Source: an uncultured Nitrososphaerota archaeon (GTDB lineage Archaea; Thermoproteota; Nitrososphaeria; Nitrososphaerales; CADDZS01). Taken from it: a stretch of 64,000 nucleotides of DNA. Below the pieces are notes generated by a model, which ran no database searches, had not been told where the DNA came from, and worked only from the letters and a program-made list of their open reading frames with translations. How positions within the stretch are numbered: position 1 is the first letter of the stretch; the number at the start of each line of letters is the position of its first letter. Position numbers and translations under genes: made by a program. The stretch spans positions 2,074,643 through 2,138,642 of the forward strand of contig CAWCYI010000004.1 in NCBI GenBank assembly GCA_963799845.1, written 5' to 3'. Of the stretch, positions 63,965 to 64,000 are shown one piece after another.

Positions 63965-64000
63965 GAAATAAATTTCAATGTCGTTGCTGGAATCCCGCGC

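Noticed and set aside
1-64000. CRISPR array or cas genes
   Set aside because: No regularly spaced repeat-spacer series and no cas motifs seen.

Overview
Archaeal-type, gene-dense 64-kb window with no housekeeping, rRNA or tRNA genes. It is most consistent with part of a large archaeal virus or extrachromosomal/integrated element (inference). It is a mosaic of four parts. (i) AT-rich blocks of small Ser/Thr/Cys-rich membrane and secreted proteins in several paralog families, with a GT-C glycosyltransferase and a membrane-anchored wHTH regulator. (ii) Virus-like core blocks encoding an ATP-dependent DNA ligase, an RFC-like AAA+ ATPase, a minimal PolX, HNH and LAGLIDADG nucleases, a GNAT, a DUF262 protein, a DNA methyltransferase and a Nudix hydrolase. 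(iii) A small plasmid-like tyrosine-recombinase element with an IS110 beside the recombinase, plus an IS200/IS605 end remnant elsewhere. (iv) A largely non-coding region with repeated TGGGTACCCA palindromes. The most striking observation is that about ten otherwise unrelated proteins begin with the same short basic H-[YFN]-P-x-R leader. It is conserved at protein level and often preceded by TTTTTC, which suggests an undescribed targeting or packaging tag. More than a dozen genes carry single-base frameshifts that are probably sequencing errors. All family calls come from motif recognition by eye; no searches were run.
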